From Octopus sinensis (lineage: Eukaryota): a stretch of DNA of 64,000 nt. Of this stretch, positions 24,761 through 37,483 are shown in pieces. Within the stretch, counting starts at the first letter, position 1, and each line of letters opens with the position of its first letter. The position numbers and the translations under genes were made by a program. The stretch spans positions 106,392,001-106,456,000 of the forward strand of contig NC_042998.1 of the NCBI RefSeq assembly GCF_006345805.1, read 5' to 3'. A model generated the notes under the pieces. The model was not told where the DNA came from and made no database searches. It saw only the letters and a list, made by a program, of their open reading frames with translations.

Positions 24761-26028
24761 TTAGGTCGCCAAGTATGAAATTTGTAGTAAAGTATACAGC
24801 TGCTCATTTTGTGCCATTATTATATTTTGACAATCTTTATTTTTTGTTAGAAAGCTGACACATCTATTTCTTTATTCTAACTCATTTTGCACTTTATAAA
24901 GTATTTATAAATCGTTTTTTGCTATTTTTGTTTAGAGATGGATAAGTTGGAAATTTGTACAGTTTTGAAATATTAGTTCTTTCTTGGAAATACAGCATCA
25001 CAGACAGCTCGGAATATTAATGGAGTATTTCATTCTAATGTTATCACACAGCAGACATTATCATATTGGTTTGCAAAATTCCGTTCTGGTAACTTTGACC
25101 TCATAAATGAGCATCGTGGTCGACCAGAAATAAAGGTAGATAATGACGAACTGAATGCCACCGTCGAGTTAGATCCATCTCAAAGTGCCCATGAATTATC
25201 GTTGTTGCTTGGTGTTAGCAAGCAAACAATACTGACTCACTTAGTTCAAACCTAGTGAAAAAGTTGCATAAGTGGGTTCCACATGAACTCAATGAAAATC
25301 AGAAACAGCAACATTTGGAAGCCTGCATTATGCTATTTTCTCATCATAAAAATGAATCATTTTTTAATTGAATTGTAACATGTGATGAGAAATGGATCCA
25401 ATACAACAACTGTAAACATTCAGCACAATGATTAGACAAAAACAAGCCACCAAAACACAGTCCAAAAAGCAAAATTCATCAAAAGAAGCTGATAGTGTGC
25501 GTTTGGTGGTCTGGCACAGGTGTGATCCATTATGATTTCATTAAACCTGGTTCATCAAACATGGCTGAAGTATACTACAGCCAACTGGACCAAATGATGC
25601 AGAAACTTACAAAAAAAAAAAAGCCTATATCAGTCAACAGATCCACTCCTATTTTATTGCAAGACAACACCAGACCACACATCCCAAAAATGACATTGGT
25701 GAAACTACAGGAGTTGAAGTAGGAAGTTCTCTATCATCCACCACCATACTCACCTGATCTTGTCCCCACTGACTACCACTTCTTCCAAAATTTGGATAAC
25801 TTTTTGTTAGGAAAAAATTTAATTCTGATGATGCTGTAAAACAGACCTTCCAAGATTTTATTGATTCTAGATTGCCAGACTTTTACAGTTCCGAGCTGGA
25901 CAAGCTGAAATGGCAAAAGTGTATTGACAATATGGGTGCATACTTTGATGAATAAAACTATTCCTTGTATGTATAAAACATTAGCAAATTTTTACTCTTT
26001 TCTACAAATTTCATACTTGATGACCTAA
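24761..26028 (+). mobile_element. full-length mariner transposon (1268 bp)
   Basis: 27-bp TIRs TTAGGTCGCCAAGTATGAAATTTGTAG / CTACAAATTTCATACTTGATGACCTAA (2 mismatches); TA target duplication on both sides. Confidence 0.95.
24938..25955 (+). pseudogene. mariner D,D34D transposase, inactivated
   Basis: ATG 24938; WVPHEL at ~25273; IVTCDEKW; LLQDNTRPH; YSPDL at ~25747; several stops and frameshifts. Confidence 0.92.
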
Positions 26029-26383
26029 TATGTAGGTAGATAAACAGACATGTAAGTAGGTTGGCTGACAGGTAGGCTGACCGACTAACAGGCAGACTGA
26101 CTGATATTCAGGCCAACAGGCAGGCAGATAGCAGATATAGGGTAAGATTAATGATATTTGCCAAGGTCATCTTTTTCTGTTGTTCTTTGGTTGGATTGCA
26201 GTCAGTAAAATAAGTACCAGTTGAGTAGTGGAGTCAATGTAATTGACTAAGCCCCTTAATTTATAGTGAAAAGTATTATATTACTTCTTGCTGGCTTTAG
26301 AATTGATATCACTTCCCAGCTGGATAAAATTTCTTGCCAATGTTTTAATGGTCAAATGATACATCAATGAAGAAACTTTTTTC

Positions 26384-26569
26384 AAGCATGGCTGCATGGT
26401 AAAAAGTTTACACCCCAACCACATCGTTCAGTCCCACAGCATGACACCTTTGGCTTGTGTCTTCTACTATAGCCTGTAGCTGGCCAAAACCTTGTGGGTG
26501 GATTTGGTAGATGGAAACTGAAAGAAACTCATAGTACGTGTGTGTGTGTGTGTGTGTTGTGTGTGTGTG

Positions 26570-26604
<35 letters not shown>

Positions 26605-26850
26605 GTGTTTGTGTGTATGTGTGTGTGTGTGTGTGTGTTTGTGTGTGTGTGTCTTTGTATCTCTGTCTCCCACCACCACTTGACAACCAACCAGTGTTGT
26701 TGTGTTTACAACCCTGTAACTTCACAGTTTGGCAAAAGATAGAATAAGTACCAAGCTAAAAAAAAATGTGGAGTCAATTCATTTGACTAAAACTTTTCAA
26801 GGCAGTGCCCCAGCATGGCCACAGCTGAATGACTAAAACAATTAAAAGAC
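26384..26850 (+). mobile_element. CORE-like tRNA SINE with expanded (TG)n
   Basis: Head, CORE-like block, ~110-bp TG tract and tail all present. Confidence 0.8.
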
Positions 26851-27019
26851 AAAGATAATTATCATTAGCATTTGATTCCATAAGATTCTGTTTGAAACTT
26901 TCAAATGGCCCAAGCGTTTATATCCAGCAGATGAATCAGATTCTATTTTGCTATTGTCATTTGAGTGATGACAAATGACTGAGGTTGACATGCTGTGCTC
27001 CAGAAGATATGTCAAGCTA

Positions 27020-27360
27020 AATGAAATCATAGTTGTGGCCAGTGACGATGACATGTGAAGGACACTTGTGCCAGTGACATACAAAATTCAGACATGACGG
27101 TGACACATAAAAGGCACCTGTACCAATAACATGTAAAGGGCACCCACACCGGTGACATGCAAAAGGCACCCATGCCAGTGACGCAAAGAAAGAGACCCAG
27201 TACACTCTATAAAGTGATTGGCATTAGGAAGGGCATCCAGCTATAGAAACCAAGCCAAAACAGGCTGGAACCTAGTTCAGCTCTCTGGCTTATCAGTCCC
27301 AGTCAAACCATCTTAGCCATGCCAGCATGGAAAATGGACACTAAATGATTATAATGACAA
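27020..27360 (+). mobile_element. RTE LINE 3' tail copy with shorter internal units
   Basis: Repeated GCCAGTGAC/GGTGACAC units, then the conserved tail. Confidence 0.7.
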
Positions 27361-27439
27361 TGATTTGCCTGGTAGAATACGTTTTCTCAATAGAATTTTC
27401 TCTCCATTTTTCTCCTTATGTTTATGGTATCCTCCATCT

Positions 27440-28045
27440 ATGATCAAGAGTACAAATGCAAGTACAAGTGGCCAAAATGGGTTTTTTTCTGAAGGATCTC
27501 TTGAGTAGTGTTACTCAACAGGGCGCATAGCATGGAAATCAAGGAGTCTGCTCAGGTTAAGCCACTACTTCTCACCAATGAGAGGTCACAGTCCTGGTAC
27601 TGCAGACATGTGATTAGAATGTCACAGAAAAGTCGAGCCAACTACCTAGGGGTAAACCAAGAACTAGATGGTTGATTATTTATAATAAATATCTTTTCAT
27701 GAATTGTGTAATATATAAATTTTTATTTAAATATCACAAATAAATAAGTAGTTTAATAGTTGTATATAATTATAAGATTTTGAGTATAGACATGTAAATT
27801 ATATACTTGTTTGTTTAATGAAACTTATTGGTGTTATAATTGTTTTATAAATATAATGTTGTTTTCATTGTATTCATTATTAATAATTAACTAATTAGTT
27901 GGTTACACTTGGAAATCCAGCCAGAAAGTATAATGATAGTTGCTTACAGTAGGACCCTATGGAGGAGGTGCAAGAGGACTCTATTCCAATGACCCTGTCT
28001 GGGATAATGGGCAGAAAAAATGGATGGATAAATGGATGGAATTCA
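27440..28045 (+). pseudogene. old RTE (Expander/Rex3-like) 3' fragment
   Basis: IKESAQVKPLLLTNERSQSWYCRHVIRM...PRGKPRTRW; (GATG)-type tail near 28020. Confidence 0.5.
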
Positions 28046-28071
28046 TTTGTTTATTATTATATGACATTTTT

Positions 28072-28285
28072 AAGGCAATAAGCTGGCAGAATTGTTAGAA
28101 CACCGGGGAAAATGCTTAGCAGCATATTGTCCATCTTTACATTCTGAATTCAAATTCCAACAAGGTCAATTTTGTCTTTCATTCTGTCAGGGGTCAATAA
28201 AAATAAGTACCATCTGAGCACTGGGGTCAATGTAATCAACTTACTCCCTCTCCTGAACTTGCTGGCCTTGTGCCAAAGCTTGACA
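28072..28285 (+). mobile_element. Nin/Deu-domain tRNA SINE
   Basis: AGCTGGCAGAATTGTTAG...GGTCAATTTTGTCTTTCATTCTGTCAGGGGTCAATAAAATAAGTACC. Confidence 0.75.
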
Positions 28286-28346
28286 CAGCCCTGCAAGATT
28301 GCTGTCAACATGTTTAAGATTAGTATCAAAAATAATGTATGATATA

Positions 28347-28555
28347 TTTCTTTACTGCCCACAAGGGGCTAAACATAGAGGGGACAAACAAGGACAGACA
28401 AAGGGATTAAGTTGATTACATCTACTCCAGGGCGAAACTTTATTTATCGACCCCGAAAGGATGAAAGGCAAAGTTGACCTCGGTGGAATTTGAACTCAGA
28501 GCATAGCAACAGACGAAATACTGTAAAGCCTGGCGCGCAAACATTTCTGCCAGCT
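28347..28555 (-). mobile_element. Nin/Deu-domain tRNA SINE
   Basis: Antisense TTTATCGACCCCGAAAGGATGAAAGGCAAAGTTGACCTCGG. Confidence 0.8.
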
Positions 28556-29019
28556 GAAAAGTAAAATTTGGTCTGTCGCTGTTTTTGTCATTCGATTGTA
28601 GTCATGTTAAGGCATTCTTCTTGAAGGCTTTGTCTGTCACATTAATTCAATATCTATTTTAGTCTGGTTCTTACTTTATCAATTTCTATTTGTCAGTCTG
28701 ATAAATTACAGGTTTTATGTTAACACAGCAAAAGCAATGAAATATTTTAATTAGTGAGTTTGAATGCGTTTGTCAGTGAGTCTGAGGATGCAGAAATGGA
28801 CACATATACACATAGACGTATTTATGCATGTGAGTGTATGTGTGTGTATATATGTGTGCATGTGCACATGCAAGTGTGTGTGTGTGTTTGTGTGTGTGCA
28901 TATATGTTAACAAATCACAAACATGCCAATTTTCTCGGTTGTCCTGTGTGGCAGATGACAAAAGGTGAAACTCTTTGAAACCTACCTAATCTATCCAAGC
29001 ATCAAAACTAATGCGAACA

Positions 29020-29965
29020 TCATGATGATGAAGAGGAGGAGGAGGAGGAGTAGAATAGTGACAGCCATAGTCTGATGATAAGGGTGATGATGAAAGTGGT
29101 CTTCAGTGCAGTAAGAGGAAAGGCAAAGGCCACAACTACCAGCATGACCACCACCACCACTACCATGACCACCATCCTCATCATCATTATCCACATTATT
29201 ACCACTGTCACCACCACCACCACCACCACCACCACCACCACCACCAGTACCTAATAGCAACAAGCTAAGTGAAGATTTTAGTCCTGGAAATTCAAAACAT
29301 GGTACCTTAATTCTTGTAACTGTAATGGTTTATGGAACATGGTATACAAGTGAGTAGTCTAGTTAGTATTGTTGCACTGGTAATCAATATTGCTGTTGAT
29401 ATTGTTTAAGCAGAGTTTAGCTATGGTTAGGAAATCCATGATGAAAAGAATTCCAGCAGTGACCACCCCTTCATTTTTATTTCAGACACTGTGTACCTTA
29501 CACTAGATTATCCAGTGTAACTTCAGGTAACATTGTTTTTAAGATGGTCAAATGTGATTTAAAGGTAATTTGACTACTATTTCGACTACTATAACAACAG
29601 TGATGGTGATGATGATGACAATGACAAAATGATGATGATGATGATGACGATGACAGCGACGCCGATGACGACAATGACGACGACAACAATGACAATGACT
29701 ATGATGATGATGATGATGATGGTGATGGTGATATCGATAATGATGATGCTGGCAACGACGTCGATGAAGATGATGATGATGATGATAACGACGATGACAA
29801 TGATGATGATGATGATATCGATAATGATGACAGCAATGACAAGATGATGATGATGATGATGATGACAACAATGACAATAACGACGATGACGATGATGATT
29901 ATGACGACAATGATGACAATGACAACAACGACTATTACGATGAATGATGATGATGATGACAATGA
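29020..29965. repeat. compound triplet tracts (GAT, GAG, CAC, GAC, AAC)
   Basis: Directly visible; main blocks 29020-29250 and 29595-29965. Confidence 0.9.
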
Positions 29966-30504
29966 TGTCAAGCATGAGAAAACAGAAGACTGGAAAACTG
30001 CATATGGTGATTGTTGTTGTATAATCCAAGGTCAGTGTTTGACTCAGCAAAATATATGATGACAGATATTCCAGTCATGACCTCACCAACGTCTGTTTTT
30101 TTAGTTTGTTGATTACATTATCCAAATGTTTTTACATTCATTTTTTTTTTTTTTTTTAATGAAAGTAGTGTATAATTTGAGGGAGATTTATCTGCTGTCT
30201 CTAGCTTGCACTTGAATAACAAAAGAGAAACTCATTCATTGAATGGATGATGGTAGTGATGATGAGTTTTGAGTAGAAGGAGGGACTGAAACATGTTGCA
30301 GATTGTGATGACAAAATGTTTGATAGATGTGATGGCAGCAGTTGATGATGATGATGATGATGATGGCAGGCAATGATGATTTCAGTGTTAAAATATGGTG
30401 TGAGTGGTGGGTGTTAGCAAGATGAGAGCAACAACAATCACAAGGATGGTAAAGAAGTAAAAGAGCTCTACGAAAGAAGCATAGAAAGAATTAGTAATTA
30501 GTTG

Positions 30505-30603
30505 TAATCATAGTAGTGGTGGTGCAGGTGGTGGTGGCAGCAGTGGCGGTGGTGGTGGGTTTCGTGGTAGTGGTGGTGGTGGTGGTGGTGGAGAGAGCAG
30601 CAG

Positions 30604-30640
<37 letters not shown>

Positions 30641-30643
30641 TGC

Positions 30644-30685
<42 letters not shown>

Positions 30686-30710
30686 TGTGGTGGTGGTAGT
30701 AGTAGTAACG
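30505..30710. repeat. compound (GGT)(AGC)(AGT)n tract
   Basis: Directly visible. Confidence 0.92.
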
Positions 30711-31834
30711 ATTGTCTTCCTCAGTGTGGTTGTGACATTGCACGCACAATGCTAATAGAAATGAGAATGATAATAGTAGTGATAATAAGACAAGGTTTCT
30801 CTTGTTTTTCTTATTTTTCTTGCTTCATGTTTTTTTTTTTGCTTTGCCCCCCCCCCTCCTCCAGAAAGAAAGAAATATTTTCTCCTTAGTTATTTTTCTT
30901 TTTCTTTTTCTATTTTTGTTTCTTTTACATTCTGCTATATCCATTAGCTTTCCATTTTCTTGATTTACTCTATACCGACCCATGAGCAGTTCTTCATTCG
31001 TAGGTCTTGTGTCATCGTTCTGTTTCTTATTCTTCTACCAACTACAGAATGTTCTTCTCTCTTCTTTAAAACTAAATTTCTTGTTCTTATTCTTTTTCTG
31101 CTTTTTTTTTTTATTTTTATTCTTCTCCTACTTTCCCCATCAGTAATAATGTGTACATTATATCTAAATGGAGCCTCAATTATCCAGACATTATCAACTG
31201 ATGCATAGCTCGTGCTGCTATTAAACTTGCAGATGATATCCATAATAATCAGTCAAACTGCACCGATCCTCTACCAACTCCCCCATCAGCACACTGCAGC
31301 TGCTAATAAGACATCTCTGATCCATTATCGTACATATCTGAGAGTAGCAGAGATGGACAAAACTACCAAAGAACTAGGATAAATGCTTCATGATACCTAA
31401 AGTTCAGTGGCTTGATCAACATTTTGAGTTCAAATCCAACCAGGTTTTGGTTTTGTTATCATTTATCTTTCACTTGTTTCAGTCATTAGATTGTGGCCAT
31501 GCTGGGGCACTACCCTGAAGAATTTTTAGTCAAACAAATCATTCCTCCCTACCCCAGTAATTATCGTTTTTTTTTTTTTTAAGACTGGTACTTATTCTAT
31601 TGGTCTCTTTTGCTGAAACACTAAGTTACACCAACACCAGTTGTCAAGCAGTGATGGAGGACAAATACAGACACACACACACACACACACACACTTAAGT
31701 TCATTTACGGGAAACATTTTTAAGTATGCATATAAAAGCTCCTACTGATTCCAACCTGCAGCAGCAGCTCTATAGGATTGTTCTGAGCTGTGCCAACATA
31801 ATGTAGGATAAATATAGTAATGATAATAATAATC

Positions 31835-31892
<58 letters not shown>

Positions 31893-31990
31893 CAGAGTAA
31901 ACACATAAATGTGAAACAAGGTGAAAAAAAGAGTACTCAAATACCAGTGGTAGAGTAATATGCTTTATTTAAAGCAGTAGAAAATTCAAC

Positions 31991-32038
31991 AAAACCTGTT
32001 ACTCTGAGTTTCACGTTCCCGTTCGTCGGACAGTTTTT
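31991..32038 (-). ncRNA. candidate minimal hammerhead, U4C variant
   Basis: AAAAACTGT-CCGACGA-ACG GGAA CGT-GAAA-CTCAGAG-TA-ACAGGTTTT; GUA cleavage triplet. Confidence 0.6.
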
Positions 32039-32043
32039 CTAGC

Positions 32044-32091
32044 AAAAACTGCCCGACGAACGGGAACGTGAAACTCAGAGTAACAGGTTTT
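32044..32091 (+). ncRNA. mirror copy of the U4C hammerhead (one helix I mismatch)
   Basis: AAAAACTGC-CCGACGA-ACGGGAACGT-GAAA-CTCAGAG-TA-ACAGGTTTT. Confidence 0.55.
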
Positions 32092-32136
32092 GTTGAATTT
32101 TCTGCTGCTTTAAATAAAGTATATATACATACATAT

Positions 32137-32314
32137 AGAAAAGATGAAAAAACACTGAAGATTTGTTTTACAGGATTTAAGAGTATATTAGAGCCATGAT
32201 AATAAAGATATTAAACAATTTTGTACTTCAATTATGTTGAAAGAACAAAACCTTATTTTGTACAAAATTCTCTTAAACCCTGTAAAACAAATCTTCTGTG
32301 TTTTTCATCTTTTC
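32137..32314. repeat. imperfect inverted repeat, ~45-bp arms, ~90-bp spacer
   Basis: GAAAAGATGAAAAAACACTGAAGATTTGTTTTACAGG / CCTGTAAAACAAATCTTCTGTGTTTTTCATCTTTTC. Confidence 0.85.
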
Positions 32315-32349
32315 CCTTTCTATATATATCCACAGGTGAAAATTATAAA

Positions 32350-32532
32350 TACAATTATAAATAAGAGCAAAAAGAAAAAAAATTATTTACCAATATGCTG
32401 AAAAATAGACACTAAATCATCTAACCATATGGTGTAGTAATACAAGTGAAAATATTTGTGGTTAAACGATTTAGCGTCTATTTTTCAGTATGTCGGCAAA
32501 GAAATTTCTTTCTTTTTGCCCTTATTTATAAT

Positions 32533-32538
<6 letters not shown>
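32350..32538. repeat. imperfect inverted repeat, ~80-bp arms, 29-bp spacer
   Basis: 32350-32428 pairs with 32458-32538. Confidence 0.85.
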
Positions 32539-32564
<26 letters not shown>

Positions 32565-32577
<13 letters not shown>

Positions 32578-32737
32578 TTAGAGACAAAACCACTATTTTG
32601 CAAAACAAACAAGGAAAGACTTAATCAATACATAAAATTTTAATAAAAAGTCTTTTTATTAAAATTTTATGTATTGATTAAGTCTTTCCTTGTTTGTTTT
32701 GCAAAATAGTGGTTTTGTCTCTAATTAATATTATATA
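32565..32737. repeat. perfect palindrome, 86-bp arms, 1-nt loop
   Basis: Checked base by base; centre 32651. Confidence 0.97.
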
Positions 32738-32814
32738 ATATTTTACTATAAAATTGGATTTAATCCTAAATCTGATTTTTCCCTGTAAATTTGGATTTAT
32801 TCCCTAATATTTAT

Positions 32815-32849
<35 letters not shown>

Positions 32850-33094
32850 AACATATACAGAAGTAAATCTAAGGATAAGATAAGTTAGGGAAGTTGATAT
32901 ATAAAAAATATTAAATATATTTAATGCAAAAAAATGTACAGATGTTTACATATAAGATCTAATGTAGACAGAATGGAAATAATATCAGGAATTGAAGGGG
33001 TTGAATAAGAGTTTTACCTGCTCAAGTTTAAATCTCTTGAGCACTATAAAGTGTATTCTCTACAGTGAATATCTGTCTCTCATCTATAAACAAT

Positions 33095-33320
33095 CAGTGC
33101 CGCCTGACTGGCACCTATGTTGGTGGCACATAAAAAGCACTCACTACACTTACACTCTCAGAGTGGTTGGCATTAGGAAGGGTATCCAGCTGTAGAAACC
33201 TTGCCAGAACAGGTTGGAGCCTGGTGTAGCCTCTTGGCTTGCCAGTTCTCAGTCAAACCGTCCAACTCATGCCAGCATGGAAAGCAGACATTAAATGATG
33301 ACGACAACGACGACGATGTT
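33095..33320 (+). mobile_element. RTE LINE 3' tail copy
   Basis: One unit remnant plus conserved tail and (GAC/GAT)n. Confidence 0.75.
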
Positions 33321-33500
33321 GATATATATATACACACACACACAGTAGGCTTCTTTCAGTTTCCATCTACCAAATCAACTCACAAGGTTTGGTTGGCCCA
33401 AGACTATAGTTGAAGACACTTGCCCAAGGAGCCACACAGTGGAACTGAACCCAGAACCATGTTGGAAAGCAAGCTTCTTACCACACAACCATGCCTGTGC

Positions 33501-33712
33501 AAGATGGAGAGCTGGTAGAATCATTAGCATGTTGGAGTAAATTGCTTCAACCCTTTACAATTTGAATTCATATTTCACCTTGGTCAACTTTGCTTTTCAG
33601 CCTTTTGGGTGGGTCATCAAAATAAAGTAGTAGGTAAGTGCTGGGGGTCAATGTAATCAAGTTACCTTGCTCTTCTAAAAATTTCTGGCCTTGTGCCAAA
33701 ATTTGAAACCAT
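33501..33712 (+). mobile_element. Nin/Deu-domain SINE, decayed
   Basis: GAGCTGGTAGAATCATTAGC...GGCCTTGTGCCAAAATTTGAAACC. Confidence 0.65.
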
Positions 33713-34619
33713 TAAGTTGAAAGAAATAAGTGCCAACAAGAGGGTTTGATACATTTGACAAAACCCCATCCAAAAGACATTGACATAGCCTACATATTCT
33801 ATCACAATACTTCATTGAATCTTGGTACTTACCTCCCTCCTACAACCCCCAGTAATATCAATAAAGTGTGTGTCTTTCTTCAGGAATTTCAGCTGCATTG
33901 TCAGTACATGAATTAAAAAGTGGCATAATCTTAAACAACACACACACCACACACAAACACACACACACACAAACACACATACAGACAAACAAACACACAC
34001 ACACACAAACACACACAAAAACACATACAGACAAACAAACACACACACACACACACACAGACAAACACACATACAGACAGACAAACACCTATACATGTTA
34101 TGTACAAGAAAAGACTTTGTCACAAGAAATTACTATCATTCACTTCTTTTAAATTTCAATCCATGACTTCATTCAATTAATATCCTATTACATGTACCTT
34201 TGAGGCCATTTTTTGTATAAATTCTTTATTTAATTAAATGGTGTAGCTGAGTAATTAAATTTCAGGATTACTGGTGCCAAAAGCAAAGGATTTAAATTCT
34301 GCCAAAGGATCTGTTTTGTTCCTTATCATAGCATGCAATACTTGCCAGTCAATGAAGTCAACAAAAAATACACTTTACCACTTCTATTGCACAGTTTTGC
34401 AGAATAATTGATGTAGTTAAGCAGTCATAACTCTGTGGTTAAGTAGTTTGTTTTGCAACTACATGATTCCAAGTTCAATGCGACAGTGCTGTACCTTAGG
34501 CAAGTATTTTCTATCACAGCCTTCAGTTAACAAATATTGGATGAGTGGAATTTGGTTGACAAAAGCTCCCTTTGTTTGGTTAATATGTCATTATAGATAT
34601 ACTATCTTTTACCTTTTAG

Positions 34620-34905
34620 CTTTTATTTGTTTCAGTCATTGAACTGTGGCCATATTGGGGCACCCCTTGAAGGGTTTAAGTCAAACAGAACGATCCCAGT
34701 TTTTTATTTTTTAAGCCTGGTATTTATTCTGTTGATCTCTTTGTTTAACTGCTACATTACTGGGATATAAACAAACCTACACCATTTTTCAAGTGGGGAT
34801 GAGGAGACAAACATAGATACACACACACACTTTCCATCTACCAAATTCACTCACAAGGTATTGGTTAGCCCAGTAGCAGACACTTGCCCACGGTGCTGCA
34901 CATTG
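34620..34905 (-). mobile_element. CORE-like SINE
   Basis: Antisense tail TTTGTTTCAGTCATTGAACTGTGGCCAT and CORE-like block. Confidence 0.65.
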
Positions 34906-36299
34906 GGACATAAAATGTGGTCTTGTTTATGCTTTGTTGAGGATGTTTAATGATACCAAAATATGTCCAGTGTTGTCTTCTGCACTTGCCAAAATGATTA
35001 AAATAATATTTATTCATTGATCTAATGTTGTCTTTTATAAATGTATAAATATTTCTTATTAAATATCTTATGTTCACTACATTAAACATGATAGCATAAA
35101 CTTAACCCATTACCATCTAAACTGGCTTAAATGCTCGAAACTGATCATATCTAGCTGCTAATGCCTACTTTACTATGTCATTCTAAAAGAAAAATAATCA
35201 CATCATCGAAATATGAAAACTAAGAGATAATACATGATTAATTCAAAACAATGTGAATGAATAAACATTACATTTGACACAGTAATTTGAACACTAAAAG
35301 GTTGTGTATTGTTTTGCCATCAGATGCTGTCTCTGAGTAAATAACCTCAGAGTTGTTGTCTTTTATTTTCCATTTTTTATGTCTGTTTTTAAATTACTTT
35401 TTCTCATTTATCATTAAATATCAATTCGTTTTCACTGCAATTATGACTTTATCTTTTAATTCAGTTCCAGTGGTTGCTTGTAGTAGCCAGGTCATTTCGA
35501 TAAAGCAGACCTATGGATGAAAGGCTTGGTAACTGTAAGCATCCTTTCTTCTTTTTTATTTCTTTTGGGCACCCAAGCCAGTGACACATATAAAACACCC
35601 AGTGCAGTCTCTTAAGTGGTTGGCATTAAGAAGGGCACAGAAACCAAGCCAAAACAGATGACTGGAACCTGTTGCAGATTTTCTGCTTATAAACTCCAGT
35701 CAAAGCATCTAACTCATGCCAGCATGGAAAACAGATGTTAAATGATGATGACTCTACTAAAAGCACCAATGGGTCGGATGCTTACAGTAAACTGGGTTGA
35801 GTGTACGTCTACCCCAACAAAAGTAAGTATAGTCTACTTCTTCACATTGTTTCCATCTACCAAATTTCAATCACAAAGCTTCATTAAACTCAAAGTTATG
35901 ATAGAAGATACTTGCCCAATGTGTTATGAAGTGAATTTGAACCCAAAAGCATCTAGTTGTGAAGCAAGTTTCTTAGCAAAGTAGCCAGGTTGTATCTAAT
36001 GCGTCCTTTTAACCAAAATATGTCCTGTTAATATGTTAATCAGTTGTGGATCAAACTGCTTAATTGCACTGTACCACTGTGCCTTATTTTTAAGCTAGTA
36101 AAGTATAAGTATAGAGGGATTTGGCTGTTTTTTTCTGACAGGTCAATCAACTCCATTGGAACTCATTTTATTTATGAATTCATTCTCCTACATATATCTA
36201 AGAATGTCTAAGAATGAGATTCCATCATAGAATCTGACAACCCAAATGTAACTTTTGAACTGAAAATACAAACAATAAAATGAACCAACAAGAGTTGCA

Positions 36300-37110
36300 T
36301 TTCCATGTTCCCTCAACCCGCTAGAAATAACAGCCCAAACTCTACTAGAATCAAATTCTACCACCATAAACAATAATAAGGACAGATACATTAGAAAATG
36401 TAGTTCTATGTGTACAAAAAGATCAACTACTTACAAATAAAATGCTCTTAATTATTGGTCTATCCAACTGGGACTGATCTTGGATTAAGTAACAACGGAA
36501 AATATAAATATCTGAAGGTTCAAAACACAGACATACTGCTGGTATAACCAAGAAACCTAACATCACTCCTGGAACATTAAAAAATTTTTTTCCAGTGATC
36601 AACAAAAATAGCCCTTACAATACTTTCCATGATCTTGATGATATTATGTTGCAAATATAGCAACAGGAAACATTATATCAGAACGAGATTACATCAGCTA
36701 TCAAATTCATGTAGAAAACAAACAGCAAATGCCATCATATTAATAGAAATTTTATATAAACCTACAATATGAGATTAAGCTGAAAGTACTAAATTTTCTC
36801 TCAATGTTCCATGGATATAAAAGAGAAGAGATAGGATATATTTATGAAAGATAGAAACAGAAAAAGTCAACATCAACCAAGATTAAAACTAGGAATTCTA
36901 TCAGTCATCAGCAAGAAGCCATTTATATATAAATTATTTAAGAAGCAATCCAACAAGCTAAAACAGCAAATCTTCTCAAATGAGGTACATTAAAAACTAG
37001 AATCAATTACCAATAGATGTTGCCGAGTTAAAGAAAACTAACCAGTTTAAGAATAGACTTGATGATAGACTGGAAGAACAGGAAATTCATAATGAACAAG
37101 TTGGTATTTA
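36300..37110 (+). pseudogene. old CR1-like LINE 3' fragment
   Basis: QLPIDVAELKKTNQFKNRLDDRLEEQ resembles the CR1 ORF2 C-terminus; rest heavily decayed. Confidence 0.55.
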
Positions 37111-37483
37111 CAGGATTTGCCTAACAGCCATAAAAACCATAATGTAACAGCAAAGTGAATCTGATATAAGAATCAAAATAACAAGTTAGTCAATTAGTTT
37201 GAATAATTACTACAGTACCAATATAGCATGGCTTATGAATAAATAAATGTATAGACTCCTACATTTATGTGTATTTTGTCTCACTCTAACCTTGGGCCTA
37301 TGATGACATTTTCAAAAGCTTGAGTATTGAATGAATTGATCCAGTGTAATTTAATTTTTCATCAGGATTTAATCATTTCTTCTTCCCCAAAACATAGGCA
37401 AATGCACTTATATGTGTAAAAAATATATTCTACTAGTTTCAGCTCTGAGCTGCGACCATGCTGGGGTACAACCACCAATTTTA

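Larger units (their letters stand above)
31889..32124. mobile_element. fold-back element, family B (probably Penelope-derived)
   Basis: Palindrome 31958-32124 centred at 32041, plus ~70-bp asymmetric tail; flanked by TA runs. Confidence 0.85.

Noticed and set aside
28991-30755. Poly-His/Met/Ile/Val/Ser/Tyr ORFs
   Set aside because: Translations of triplet microsatellites without splice or domain support.
35101-35300. Possible TTAA-type (piggyBac/Kolobok-like) MITE
   Set aside because: Left end TTAACCC present, but right TIR and target duplication too degenerate to support.
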